Shown: one piece after another, positions 1-13,300 of the stretch
Layout: each line of letters opens with the position of its first letter
Position numbering within the stretch: the stretch's first letter is position 1
NCBI GenBank assembly: GCA_964187785.1
Contig: OZ076409.1
Location: 40,488,001-40,552,000, forward strand
Direction of reading: 5' to 3'
DNA from: Amphiscolops sp. MND2022
Taxonomy: Eukaryota
Length of the DNA stretch: 64,000 nt
Position numbers and translations under genes: made by a program
The notes under the pieces: model-generated
Databases searched by the model: none
What the model was told of the DNA's origin: nothing
The model's input: only the letters and a program-made list of their open reading frames with translations

Positions 1-731
1 TGATCTTGCCATGATCTTGGCAAGGATTCAATGACAATGCAAGATCGTGCAAAGGGTAACCATGATCTTGGGTAAATGAAGGGTAAAGCATGATTAACCA
101 TGATCTTGGGGCAAGGTTTCTATGGAACCACTAGCGAAAAGTTTGGATAATTCAGAGCTCCGTTTTCCTAATTCTATTCATTTTTATTGCAATAATTTTC
201 TTTGCTATCTCGAACTTCAGTAATTTCAACACGTTATCTCAGTAGGTGAGGTATTAGCAAGATTAACAAACCAGTGCTAAAAAGGTTTTCACACCGATAT
301 CGCAAATTGCATTATCTTGATTTGCAGAGCCTCCTGAGGAGTTTGCTTTGTATGATAAATTATGATAGTAGTAACAATGCCGTGCTCTCAAATACCAAAA
401 CTAGGCAAATTGGTGCAAATTATTGAGAAGTTTTGGATACTTTTCAGTTTGAAAAACTCTTTTTGATAAAAAAAGGTTATGTCCGAAGTTATCTCAACGG
501 CTAATTCAAAAATTGGAGACGGAAAGATTTTCTTCAAAAGAATAAATTATACAATAAAAAGCAGCTTACATGTCTTACCATGGTTATCTTGCCATAACAA
601 TCTCGCCATAATATCTTGCTATGGCATTGACAAGCGTTCCATTTGTATCATGGCAAGGGTACCATGGTTAAGCATGATTAAGCAAGATTTACCATGATCA
701 TGGCAAGCGTTCCATGGCTTCGAACACTGGG
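1..731. repeat. Blocks of degenerate CATGATCTTGGCAAG-type repeats (1-115 and ~572-712), ending in a probable DNA-transposon terminus ...CCATGGCTTCGAACACTGGG
   Basis: Repeated CATGATCTTG / CATGGCAAG motifs in both blocks; GGG terminus at 729-731; no matching left terminus in the window. Confidence 0.5.
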
Positions 732-826
732 AACACAATTTGACAACCTATTATTTCAGAATTTTGTTTTTGGCATTGCTAAGCTGTGATTGGTATTGAC
801 AAAAAGCATGAATACTTTTAAATTAC

Positions 827-1334
827 ATTTGAGTTTATAAGCATATAGGTCCTCTTCATAAGCTCCGAAAGAACAGCAAACACTGGCTCCCCGATTAGGG
901 TTTTCAAAAATGTAGTATTACGAGCATGCTCATGTGGTTTTTGAGAAAGTTCGCTATGCCAGAAACGATTCAGAGGAAAACTTTTTTAAAGGCTCAAATA
1001 CGTTTTCTCCTATCTGAAAAAAATCAATAAAGGGATTTTATTGAAGACTGTTGGTACTTTCTACCTGCTCAAAGTCTGTGTACATGGACTTTTTCATCAC
1101 CTGAAAACCTCCGGGATAATTCTGTGGCAAACCCCATGCTGCCACCATTGCAATTACCATCGCAAACTTTTCATACTCCGTTATCGACACGATCACGTTG
1201 TTTTGATACTTTGACTTCCTATCAACTTCTCTAATGCAGCCACCGCTTCTCAAGGGGCCCGCTGAATATGCAAACGGCAGTAAATTTGACAATGTCTCAA
1301 CTACATGTGGAAATTGACTTCCGCATAATGAAAC
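827..1334 (-). pseudogene. Decayed spliced gene remnant (exons ~1334-1158, 1100-1065, 1013-827); product unknown, possibly a DNA-transposon gene
   Basis: Minus-strand segments bounded by TTGCAG/TTTCAG acceptors and GTAATT/GTAGAA donors, with 57- and 51-bp phase-0 introns; third exon has in-frame stops. Confidence 0.3.
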
Positions 1335-1618
1335 CTGCAACGTTCGCGTTTACCAATAGCTGCCAAATGTAGAATGTATATTTAAAGAAGCTTGATGAAC
1401 ATCGATTAAAGAACTATTGTTGCATTAAAGTCTCCGTTTCCGTATTAGTTTTTAAAATTTTTTAAAAGTTTCAAAATGTAAAATTTCAAACAATTTCGAC
1501 TGGAGAAACATCTGCACTTCAAATAAAGTAGAAAGGGGAGCCCACTAACACCGTTTTGGCACTCTTGGCAGCTTTTGAAACGTAATACGTGGAAAAGGTA
1601 AAAGTTTAGTAAAACTTA

Positions 1619-1942
1619 CCCGTGGTGACAAAAATTTGACTTCCAGGACTGCCAAGGATTCCCAAGGACTGGTAAGGACTTGTTAAGTTCTGGACCAGTC
1701 CTTACAAGTGCCACTTTTAGTCTTACAAGTCCTGGACCAGTCCTTACCAGTTCTGGGGATTTCTCCAGGACTGCTAAGGACTGGACCAGGACTGGTAAGA
1801 AAACTGGGGAAATCTTGAGCAGTCCTTGGAATCCTTGAGTTATCCTGGTAAGGACTTGGAATCCTTGAGTGATCCTGGCAAGGACTTGGAATCCTTGAGT
1901 TATCCTGGCAAGGACTTAAGTCCACTGGAGTGTTAGTACGGG
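1619..1942. mobile_element. Non-autonomous TIR element with CCC...GGG ends, TA flanks and internal tandem repeats (possibly CMC/EnSpm-type)
   Basis: TA|CCCGT ... ACGGG|TA; AGGACT/AGTCCT motifs in both orientations; three 30-bp tandem units at ~1828-1917. Confidence 0.55.
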
Positions 1943-2295
1943 TAGATAAGCTTTTTTGATCACTGCAACCGGATTGAGAAAACACAAAAAACAAAAAATA
2001 TATTCAATCTGTATCTAATTTAGCGCCTACTAAAGAAAATTTTTTGCAGGAAAATATGGTAACCTTGCTGTCTATTACACTGATAAAAACTTAATGACCG
2101 ATGGACCAGCTATCCTTGAAGGCATGTTGGCATTGTATACAGATCTGCGCACAATCTCTCGCGACCACTTAATTTCATTCAGTACCATGAGAAATGCTTG
2201 GCTCTACGATTCCTGAAATAAATTTTGCGTTGCTTTAGTAAAAAAGGTTTCTCTTAGTCAAAATGTTTGACCCATTAACACCAACAACAGTTATA

Positions 2296-2443
2296 CAACA
2301 GTTACATATTAACGCATGGAATTTTTAGTGAGAACTTTAGGAAATACTTTAGAAAATACCTGTTTTTGAAGGTTGTCAACCATTTTAACTTGTATTTTTC
2401 GAAGTTCTCACTGAAAATTCCATGCGTTAATATGTAACTGTTG
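2296..2443. mobile_element. 148-bp MITE with ~42-bp TIRs and TA TSD (Tc1/mariner-type ends)
   Basis: CAACAGTTACATATTAACGCATGGAATTTTTAGTGAGAACTT matches the reverse complement of 2402-2443 with one mismatch; TA on both sides. Confidence 0.85.
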
Positions 2444-3539
2444 TATTTGAGTTTTATCAAGCTGCTTGAATAATTCAACTGAAATTTGGTGGCAATTTAA
2501 ACGGTGAAGATTTGCAGGTTTCATAAGGCTCTAGTTTAGATCCTAAATACAGCTGAGAGTTTATGAATTTTTACCACCGATTCAATTCAAAATCACTTGT
2601 TTTACTTTGTGAAATTAGCTACAAATTTAGTTATGCATTGAGAAGTGGTTGAAAATGAAAGTGCTAAAAAACGTGATTGTGTCGTGTTGGTAACGAAGCA
2701 GGAATCGTTTTCCACGTTAATTGCAGGTGAAACTGCAGTGTTATCCTACATAATTTATCACAGGAGGCCTACTGAATTTTCTTGGTTTTACAAACAAATT
2801 CTCTACGTGCAGGCCTGCAGAATGTAAAACGTTTGCACCACTCTCGACTAGTGTTGATCTTTGATGAAAAGAAGTGCTACCAACGTAGAGGAATTAGTTT
2901 ACTTTAGCGACAAGCTCCCGAAGTAAGAACTTTAAAAGGCTGCGGTTATCTATTTATTATCTTTTTTTATAAGGAAGTATGGGTTACAAAAACAGTTCAA
3001 GCTTTTTCATGTTTTTGGAATAAAAAACAAAATTATCAGCATTTGAATCTTTATGTTTAAAGTTTTTTTTTCGATTACTATTTTGCGTGGTATGGATAAA
3101 ATGGCAGACTTGGAATTGTTGGTTTTTTGTCACGACAACGCCGTTCATTTTTATAAAAGATAAGGTTGAGCAAGTTCGAGTAAGGAAAAGATTCCGTATT
3201 TTCATACTTTTCAAAGAATCTGTTACCGTTACGAAAGCATCAGTCATAAATGGAATGAACATTAAACGTAAAATTTTTTTTAAAATTCGTTGAAGCTCGA
3301 AATCGAAGTTTTTCCAAAACCTTGAAACACGTTAGCAATGATAATGATATGGTGAAATTGAGCCCAAATAAATGGAAGATAAAGCAAATCAATCTGCTAT
3401 CAATATATTGAAACGAAAAAAGCGAAATGGTAATTTTTGTGAAGTAAAACAAGTTCTTTATCACCAATTGCTACTTCACCTTCACACAAATCAATTATTT
3501 TGCGTTATTAGCGTTTGGCTATACAGCCTACCGCCACTA

Positions 3540-4090
3540 CCCTAGTCAAGATTGCTTGAACTTTTCACATGCTGCATGGAAACATGCATGCCAATTTTTT
3601 TTTACAAAACATGGAAAACTCCGGGAGCCTGCATGGAAACATTTTGTAGGATAACAATGCAGCCTCCACTGTTTCAATTAAACTGATAACATTTTCATTC
3701 TTCACTGCCGCGATCACTTTGTTTTGCCGCGTAAGTTTCTCAAGAAAGTACCTTATGTAATCACCTTTAGTCAAGTAGCACGCTGAATATGACGCTACTT
3801 TGAAACTTATATTGTGACTAAAGTTTATTCGCATTGAATTCGCGGTAAAGTTGATGAAGGTCTCAGCTTCTTTCAAAATTAGAACAGCGTCTTAATGAAA
3901 CTTGCAAAACTTCGCGGCCCAGATTTTCCGCCAAATATACGATGCATCTTATAGGCAGCTTGATAAAATTAAATCAAATCAGTGAAGTTTTATTGCATGA
4001 ACGTCACTCTGAAAATTTTATAAAATCATGGAAAATTAGCTTGGTAACCAACATAGACATGTAAAAAGTTCAAGCCGTTGCAACCAGGTG
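3540..4090. mobile_element. Non-autonomous TIR element of a family repeated in this window (inverted copies at ~51355-51754 and ~56760-57161; partial copies at ~44790-44948 plus 50032-50080 and at ~55345-55545)
   Basis: TA|CCCTAGTCAAGATTGCTTGAACTTTTCACATG left end; imperfect inverted right end CATGTAAAAAGTTCAAGCCG...CAGG; body aligns to the reverse complement of 51355-51754, which ends AGGG|TA. Confidence 0.7.
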
Positions 4091-4954
4091 ATACTCTTGT
4101 CTTTTTCTATAAAAATCCCCGTAGGGACTACGAAACATTTTTTTAATAAATTGGGCATATCTGTATCCATTCGAAGTCTCTCTTTAGGGGATTGACCTGT
4201 TTGAAAAGTAGCAATAGTGAATGAAGAACTTGTCTCATTTCACGAGAATTTAGATTTTATGTTTTTTTTTGGTTTCACTGCGGACAATATTTCTTGATGG
4301 TTGTAGGTTTATAGCCGAACGGTAATAATGTAGAATAAATGAATTGTAGAACTCAATTGAATTCTTATCTGTGATCGGTCGCTCCCGTCGACAGTGACCT
4401 TTGAATGATGTAACTATTATGAAATTTTGCAACCGACCAGAGTAAATGGAAGTCAAGGTTCTTTTTTTTCGTAGTCCAATCAGGTTTGGGATCGGCTTCA
4501 TATTCGTTCTTGTTAAAGCTCGTTCGGTTATACGAACAGCTAACGAGCACATTTATATTTCGAACGCAATTACGCGTATTCAAATGTGATATCATAAGTT
4601 TGTGCGATTGTTCTTTGCAGCTACAGTTCCAACCTAAATTATCACTGATCAGTGTTGGTTGGAAACGGTAAATATGACGTCACCATCACTATCCTATACT
4701 TCAATCACTGATGTTGATGAATCATCGTTCCCTCTTCTTGAATGTTCCACTTTTATGATAGCCACAAAAACTAACACAGACTTTTACATACGTGATTAAC
4801 CTAATCTCAACGAATTTTTGTTTTGCAGGGGCTCTTTTTCCATCCCCCCACGCTGTTTGAAGAAAACAAACTCAACATAAAGGATTATATTTGACTATAT
4901 CATTCAATATTTCTTCGAATAAGTCTTTTCCTTTGTTTTGTTGTCTCCACACTA

Positions 4955-5736
4955 CCATACTGTAATAAATGAATTGGACCTCTGATTGTAAAAAATGATT
5001 GGGAATCGATTAAAGGAGACCAAAATCTTCTGAACGAAAAAATGTTTTGGAAAACTGTAAAACTAAAACTTTAATGAATTTTAACGTTGATTAAAACCAT
5101 TTTCAATTGAAAATTCTGAGATCAATATACAAAAACTTAGAAGCTATGCATTTCACTAGTGATTTTGTTTCTAACCTATTTTAGTTCAAATTTCGAAAGC
5201 CTTGAGTGTAGAAAAAAATTCATTTTCAATCTTTCAGACGCTTTTTCAACAAAAGTATCCACTAAAATATTTTTTATTGCAAAACTTTGAAAAGAAACCT
5301 TCTTGAACAGGACATTTCAGAGAAAAAAACTTGAATGCAATGTATTAAGATAGGGCATAAAATTATTTTTGAAAGAACCTTTATATAATTATAGTTTTCA
5401 TCAAATTTTCCGTAAACAAAACATATTATCGTCCTTAGTGGATGGATTAGTCTCTGTCAATATTCCAAAATTGCAACACTGCGTCTGTGAGACGTCTAAT
5501 TTTGCAAAAATTTGCTCCTAGATCGAAATTTAGTAGTAAATACAAGTTCTTGAAAGTGATATTACAAAGCTCCAAAATTGTTTGCAAAACTGATTCTGAA
5601 GTGTTTTCACAAATTTAATAATATTTGATCAAGCGTTTTTTGATTACCATCAAAATCATTCAGGTTTCGAGCTAATTTGTTTTCAGTCCAAATCATTTTT
5701 TACAATCAGGGGTCCAATTCATTTATTACAGTATGG
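4955..5736. mobile_element. 782-bp MITE with ~46-bp TIRs and TA TSD
   Basis: TA|CCATACTGTAATAAATGAATTGGACCTCTGATTGTAAAAAATGATT ... AATCATTTTTTACAATCAGGGGTCCAATTCATTTATTACAGTATGG|TA, one mismatch. Confidence 0.85.
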
Positions 5737-8700
5737 TATTTGTAGTTTTCCGCTTGAACAAAACATTGTTCACACAATTTGACTAATTATGTTCGTATTG
5801 AGTGTTTATTGATGACTCAAAACAGGAAGTTGTTTATTTCTTCATCAAAAATGCGTGACTACATGGGGAAAAAATGTGAACAAAGTTTGTATCTGAATCC
5901 TAAACGATCACCCTGAAAATAAATTTAAAACTGAACTGTTTCATTGGAAGCGCAATTGAGTTATAATTAATTGCAAAAACGTCATCTTGAAAAATGTGGG
6001 GGAAAAGGAAAAAGTTCCTTTGCAGGCACCTTGATAAATTTATACTATCTGAAATACTTGGGAAAATGAATACTTCAATTGCTTCATTTTTTTGGATACG
6101 GTAACGGCTGTGATACAAAGTTTGAGAAATTTATTTTTTCATATTCCGACGATTTTTGTCATTGATGGTATCATCACAAAAATCACTCTCCACGTGGCTA
6201 TAATTTGGAGATTTATATATTACACTTGTATTGTTCCATCAACAAAACACGGCGGATAGTTTAAAAAAGCAGTGAAAATAGTCGCGAACTCTGAGAATTT
6301 GGAAAACTGTTGAAGTGTATCCTTTCGTGCAGGATTGACTAATATTTTTAAGAAAAATGAAGAATATAACAATTCTGAGCAATCTCGGCAATTTCAAAGT
6401 AAAGTCATGACTGAAAATTAATCAAAATTTTCCACGTCAAATTTCAAACACTAAATTCTGAAACTCGAGAAGCTTAAAATTATTTGAACTGTTGAAGGTT
6501 GCAAAACATCGTCTTTTTTCCCAAGCAAAACTCTGGTTGAACTGTAAGTGATGGATACAACATCACAAACGAAGCGCTCAGTTACTGAATTGAGTTTTAT
6601 AAGTTCTTTTCAAATTCGCCACAAACAATTTCTACTGGTCGTTCTTTTTTTCGAGAATGCTTGCTTGAATGCGGTTTCTAGTTTAATTTGATTTTTGTAG
6701 ATTCTGTTTTTGTGTTTCATGGCGATGCCTTTGTTTTGAAAAAAAATCGGATTACATTCCTACAAACTGCAGCCATCTGGCAAACTGACGTATTCATGTA
6801 ACAACAAAATTTGCCAAAAAAAGTTGCCAAATTTGGCGTTGAAGAAAAATGTGATTCATTCGTGATACAAAATAATGACCATATATAGTAGCAGAATAAC
6901 CTCTCAATTGCATGTTTTTAAATCGATTTTTATGAAAGCGAAAAATGACTTCATTTTCAAGCCTACGCGTGATAAGTACTCTTTCAAAAAAAAGTAAATG
7001 TTAACAAGGTTGATTTCGCTGCCGTTTGTAAGTTTGCTGCCGTTTTTGAGTGATACTTCAAGCTCCATAAAAGAGTATTCTTTAAGACGTAAAAATACTC
7101 ATTGTAAAACGCTTTTCAAAAAAGTTGACAGCAATTTTTTATGAAAATACTTTCACATCTCGTTATTCAAGACAGTTGTGACCGAGAAATAGTAATCGAA
7201 AAAAGTTACGTAGACACCAGATTGTTATTTTATGATTCAATGCTCAAAAATTTTGAAACTATCAAAAAAGTTGAAAATTTCATGAATGTTTTTGAGGCTA
7301 TCATACCAAAAGTTGGTTTCGTTTGTGGGCAATTTGTTATCATACAATCTAGGTTTGGGCTCAAGGATAGAAAATGTGCGTTTAACAACCATGTAAATCT
7401 TAACTTTGCGTCGAATACTTATGCAAAGTGTAGTCTGCATAATCATTGGGCGCGGTTTCGGAAAATGGCTCTTTGGTGGTTATTAAACCTGGAATCTGGA
7501 CAACCTAGAAAGGGATCGAAATATGAACTTGTCTGAGTAACCCTTGAAATCATTCATCGGTCTGATTCTCTCAATTTCTTTGATTGACCCTATCATCTAT
7601 CCGCATAATTACGTAATTATTTTAACAAACTGTATCCTCTAACTGTTCTATCAAACTGATGTCACCCGAAAACTGAAATTCAAATTCAATTATCTTTTGA
7701 CGTTCAATCGAATTTCTGAAGCGAAAGTACAGACATTTGTTTAGAAAACACAATTATATTATACGTCTGATAATTTCTTTTTTGAGTTTTTTAAAAATTT
7801 TTTTAGCATGCATCTGAAAAAAAATGTGTAGCTTTCTTTAAAAAGACTTATAAGAGATGCGAAGAACCAGCTCAAAAATAGTTCCAGGTTTCAAAAAAGG
7901 AGGCAATGTTTGATCTATCTTTAATTAGTAGTATAAAAATTTGAGCCAATTTTTTTTCAAGCCAGTAGATGACTTCAAAAACGTGAAAGACTGGAAACAA
8001 TTTTTGAAACTACTACTTGAGTTTGAAATGACTTGCACATGACTAGAGCGTCGACGATTGAAAACCAATCAAAAACATTTTATCACTCAAAATTTAAAAC
8101 CAATCAAAATAAATCCTTTTCAGATATATACATTACCTAGTTATTTATATTATTATAAGTTATTAATTATTTATAGATTAGATAATTGATTAATTAACAT
8201 AGGGCTCTGGTATTATTGATTGGTATACTGGTATAGAGGACCAAGATGTTTCATGCCCAAAATAAAAATAGCTTCTTTTGTTTCAGGACCAAACGAGCGC
8301 TACCTTTAACAGCGCATTGTACAAAAGATGAAGAGTTCGAGGACTCGCTTACTCGTCTCACTCCATGATAATCCCATCCCATTGGCTACAAATATTGAAG
8401 AATATTTTCGTTAAGTTCAAACTCAATTCCAAATTGGTTTCTGGGTTCTTTTTAGTTCTCAGTTTGTAGATATTTTTTAAACGAAAAGCAATAAAGTGCT
8501 GGCCCTTTTTCCTCAAAAGAAATGAAAATCCCAGGTTTGGCTGTAATTTTGAAAACTTTCTGATAAAAATATCTAGTCTTGATAGAGTTTTGACTCGAAA
8601 TTTTTCTCGCAGAAGCAAAAAAATATACTTTTTTTCGTTATTTTACATACTTTCGGCTAAGTTGACGAGAAAGGGCTAATTTTTATCAATTTGAAGCTTT

Positions 8701-9718
8701 ATCCAGAAGTCTTTCACTGAGATGAACAATACATAGTTGAAATTTTTGTAGCTAATTTTGCATTTCTTATTTGATTGACTGTGAAAGAATTCTGTCCCTT
8801 GCAATAACGGATCAGTAGTATACAATTTGGGTCTGTAATCAGATTTATTATTACACTCTTGCATGTATATTTCCATTCTTCTTTTCCGAAAAAAGTTTAA
8901 GAATGAGCCCTTTAATATTGAATCCTACTTCAGAATGATACTCAATTGATCATGTAAAATGACATATCAGAGCAAATTAATTTACCACTTTCCTTTGTAG
9001 AGAAGAATCAATTCAAATATGCTTTCAATTATGCTCATTTTGTAGATGAAAAGATTTGCTGCTATTCAGGTCGGATGGCTTTCTTGGCTATAATAGTGCA
9101 CCAGATCACGTCTTCCAAGTTTTCTCTGTTTTATTTTTTTTTCAATTCTTGAAAACGTTCCATACTTGAATCAAACAAGTCGCAGCTTCTTGAGCTAGCA
9201 TCTATTTATTACGCAAAAGCCTGATTAATTCTAGGTAGCTACTATGAACTAAATATGTAATAACTAGTTCAATAAATGCAACTAATGGAAAATCAAAAAA
9301 TCCTAGACTTATTGAGTTTGGGTAGACTTTGACGTCTATAATTACAACTTCTAAACTTCTAGCAGCCAAATTGCATATACCAGACTTACCACCTTGAAAT
9401 TATGAAAAAAACAGGTGGCAGAAAAGTTTAAAGCTGAAAACATTTTTGAGCCGCGGTTGCCAGTAAATAATAAAAAAGCAGATTTTAGGAAAATTCTTCA
9501 ATTTTTTGCAACTAGATAGCAGCCCTACTGTAGTCATCGCTCTCCAACGTCAACAAAGTTGAAAAAATGTGTATCAATACACAGGTAAACAGATTGGATT
9601 AATTAGCAGCAACTTTGGCTTTTGGTACGCCATAGAAAGTTTGATGACAGACCAAACTTCCATATCAACTCATCAGCTGAACCAACAATCTCGCAATTTG
9701 TCTACGGAAAGATTCATA

Positions 9719-9929
9719 TGTTGTATTTCGAACTAGTTCTAAGAAAAGAATAAGGTTTCCTAAAATACTATATCTTTGTACTCGAGCGTATGCTATATAA
9801 CAATAACATAAAGTGATGTAGGAGTTTTACATCTAGTGTTTGTAAACAGTAGACAGGCCCTACCGGGTATGTCTATAACCGAAGTTCGGTACAGGTCAGT
9901 TCCTTGATTGACGGATGAACCGTATAACA
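9719..9929 (-). repeat. 3' LTR of element A (211 bp)
   Basis: Direct repeat of 15352-15552 with a 10-bp indel; adjacent PPT. Confidence 0.95.
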
Positions 9930-9952
9930 TTCCCCCTTCTCTCTCTGTGTTC

Positions 9953-10260
9953 CTCAGAGGCTGGATGATGTGCCGGGTCGCATCATGTTGTCCGACAGAA
10001 AGTCTTGAGGCTTTTGTATAGTTCCCGGTATCAGCTGGGATGTGCCTTTTGTTCGGTTCCAAATTTGACCTGTAACACAAACAAATTCGTCATACCCAAA
10101 AATTTCCTTTATAAGATATGCTACCGTATCTGTTCGGTCTATTAGTAATTCGGTTTGACCGTTTATGTTCACTTTCTGAATTCTCACCCTGTGGCATTTC
10201 TCCGTCTGTGTGAATTTGTATCACATCGTTTTCGGGATCTGTCCGTATCGGAATACACCG

Positions 10261-10306
<46 letters not shown>

Positions 10307-13300
10307 GTCGTATGTTTTCCCGGCTTCTTCCGGCGTTTCGTCTTCGTCATCGTCGTCGTCATCTTCGTCTTCCGTCTCAGTATCGGTTTTCTTTTTGTTT
10401 TGCACAATTCGCAATTTCCCGTTTAGGATGTCTCTCAAGATTCCATCCCACTTTCCGCATTTGCCGTCGAGTCCTCGTAGGCAATGTCGGTTCTTTGGTG
10501 TTATTTCGGCAGAAACTGTAGGTGCCGACTCTCTTCGGTATCTTTTCTCACTCTGAAAAAGTGGACCCGAAATAAATTTTCGATGTACTATTATCCCCGT
10601 ATCTGTTTTTACGGTGTTTTCAGTTCCGCTCATTGCGGTTTGAATTTTTGATTGAAATCTACCTTCTAAGGATTTTCGGTTGTGTCTTTTTTCTAAGAAT
10701 TTGAATGGATATCTAGCCGAGTTCTTTTTCGGTGATTTTGAGTCTGCAGCCAGTTGCGGTTCTTCGGTTTTTGTTCGAGCCATCACCACGTGGTTGGTGA
10801 TTTCCCCGTCAGCATCTCTTCCGACATATATCGAAATTTTTGGCCGATTTGGTGCTAAAATGGACAGTTCTGACCAATTTGACAGAAACGATTTCCCGTC
10901 TTTTACTATACTAGTTAGTTCTGTTCTCGGTGTTCAGTCCAAATGGTGTTTTCTTTAGTCCTGTGTGTATTGTGAACCGCATTACTCTTAATGCTCTGTT
11001 TACGCTTTCGGTTAAATTGTTACCGTCTTTTATTTTAGCTGGTTTGTGTTGCTCTTTCAACTGTTCCGTTTCCGGTATGCATTCGCGGTGGGCAATATTG
11101 CTTTTCTATTTTTCGAGATTTACAAAATTTTGTGTATAAGGTTGAAATAAATGCCCCCCCCCTTTATCGGATTTAATTTTTTCTGTAACACCGTATAAAT
11201 TAAACTGATATGATAGGAAACTTACAACTTCTTTTGTTTCCGGGGTTTTGCAAATTTTTGCTGTCGACCATTTGCTAAACCGATCTATTGCGATTAATAT
11301 TTGGGGTTCTTCGTTCAAGTTTTTATTATGAAATTTTTCGGTAAAAACTATTTGTAGTTCTTGTCCGGGTTCAGATAGTTTTTTTATTTTTCCGTACTGA
11401 TTTTTGGGAATTTAGTATTTATGGTTCTTACTTGTAGTTAAGCAAGTCGTGCAGTCTTTTACTTTTTGTTCGATGTCCTTCCGCAATTCCGGCCACCAGA
11501 AGATCTTTGCATCCGAAAACATTTTGGTTGTTCCGGAGTGACCGAAATGTAGAATTTCAATAAGTCTTCTTCGTAAGTCGATGGGAACGGCGATCTGGTC
11601 ATCTACGAAGACCAATCCCCACCGAATTGAAAGATTGTGGTATACCGGTCTAAAGCCTTCCGGTGTGGTGTCTCTTTCTTCTCTTCTCATGCTGGCTCGG
11701 ACTCGTGTCATTTCCGGATTAATTGCAGTTTTGGAGATAAGTGTTTTCAGATCAGCATGAGTTTAAAGTCCGCCTTCTTTATGGTCTCCTCCGTCATTTT
11801 CTTGTTTTCGGTGAGCCTTCCGACTATGTGGTTTTTTTGAATGTAGTAGGCTTCCTGCCTTCTGTGTGGTATTTTTAGAGGTCGACGATCGGCAAGTTGT
11901 CTCCCCGCAATATCACACTATCTTCTTCGGTATCTACCGAACCGTATTGAATTTTGTTCGGGCAGCAGTCCTCCTTCTTCCGGTGCTTCCGGCTCTTCTT
12001 CTTCTTCTTCGTCTTGTACTGGTCAGTATCCCCGCCAATTTGGTTTGTTCTTTGTGTGAGTTCGGCGTCTATCTCCGCAATTTCTTCTCGGCTTTTTTTA
12101 TTCGGTCTAGACGTTGTGAATATCATTCTCTGTGGTTGCGGGTCGTACCGTCTCCGCATTGTTCCGGGTCTAGTGAATATTTCTCTCCTTTACCAGTCTT
12201 TGCGTTTCGGGGCTTTTATTTTGTTTCCAGATGATTTCCATTATTTCCCGAGTTGCCCCACAGTGGTATAACATTTCTTGGTTCATTTTCTCGTCGGCGA
12301 TAATTTCTTCTTTTTTGTATTTGAACTTCTCTTTGTGGTGCTAATTTAAGACTGCCCGGATGTAGTGTTCTCGCTTTTGTTAGTTTTGTTCACGTGGCGT
12401 TTGTTCTGGAATGTTCTATTTTCGTGTGATTTGTCGTTCTTTTTCTCATTTCTGTTCTCGGATGGATTTTGTTTTGTCTCAGTGTCTTGTTTACTGTTTT
12501 CTGATTGGCTGTTGAACAGTGAACAATATTTTGCGTTCAATTTTGCGTGTTCGCTTAATACGTTAATCACATATTCTTCGTCGTATTTACCTTCTGTCGG
12601 TGCTCGTTCTGCCGGATTTCTACGTTCTACCGAGGTAGTCGATTTATTTTTAGTTTCTGCCGGCAATATGTTGAAATGCGATGTCGAAATGTGCTAGCCG
12701 ATTTATCCATCTAGTTATTCTTGCACCATATTGGTGGTTGCTTCGGCTTCGTTTTATTATTGGTTCTAGTGCTTAGTGGTCTGTATAAAAACGTTTATTT
12801 CTTCCCGTATAAAAATCGGTATTTTCCAATCTCCAGACTACTCCTAATAGTTCAAGTTCACCGATTGAATAGTTTTTTTCGGTATCGCTTAAATATCTGC
12901 TGCCGAATGCGATTGGTTTTATTTCTCCGTTGTCTTGTTTTTGCCAGAGTGTAATACCGATACCAGTTTTACTCGCATCTGTCGTTACCATGTTATGCTT
13001 GTCTTTTGCATAGTGTGATAGACATGGTTTCTCGGTCAGCATCTGTTTTTTTGTTTAAAATCTTTTTCTTAATCTTCTCCCCAAATCTATGGTTCATTCT
13101 TTTTCAACAGCTTTCTCAATCGGTCCGTCTTTTCCGATAGTTTCGGTAAGAATTTTGCAAGGTATTGTATTGCACCGCGAAATGATTTCAATTCTTTTGT
13201 ATTGTTCGGTGACTTCAACTTTTGTATCGCTTCGACTTTCTCTTCGTTCGGTTTTATTTCGTGTTCATCGATTCCATGTCCCAACCATTTTGTTTGTTTT

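Noticed and set aside
1683..1994. 103-aa ORF with repeated QDNSRIPSP
   Set aside because: Translation of a 30-bp tandem repeat inside a MITE-like element.
7141..7536. 131-aa ORF
   Set aside because: AT-rich with no recognisable motif; consistent with chance.
8200..9130. Exon-like plus-strand fragments
   Set aside because: Splice donors are poor and frames contain stops; no coherent gene model.
10090..10556. Poly-ER and poly-SL proteins
   Set aside because: Artefacts of the (CT)19 microsatellite.
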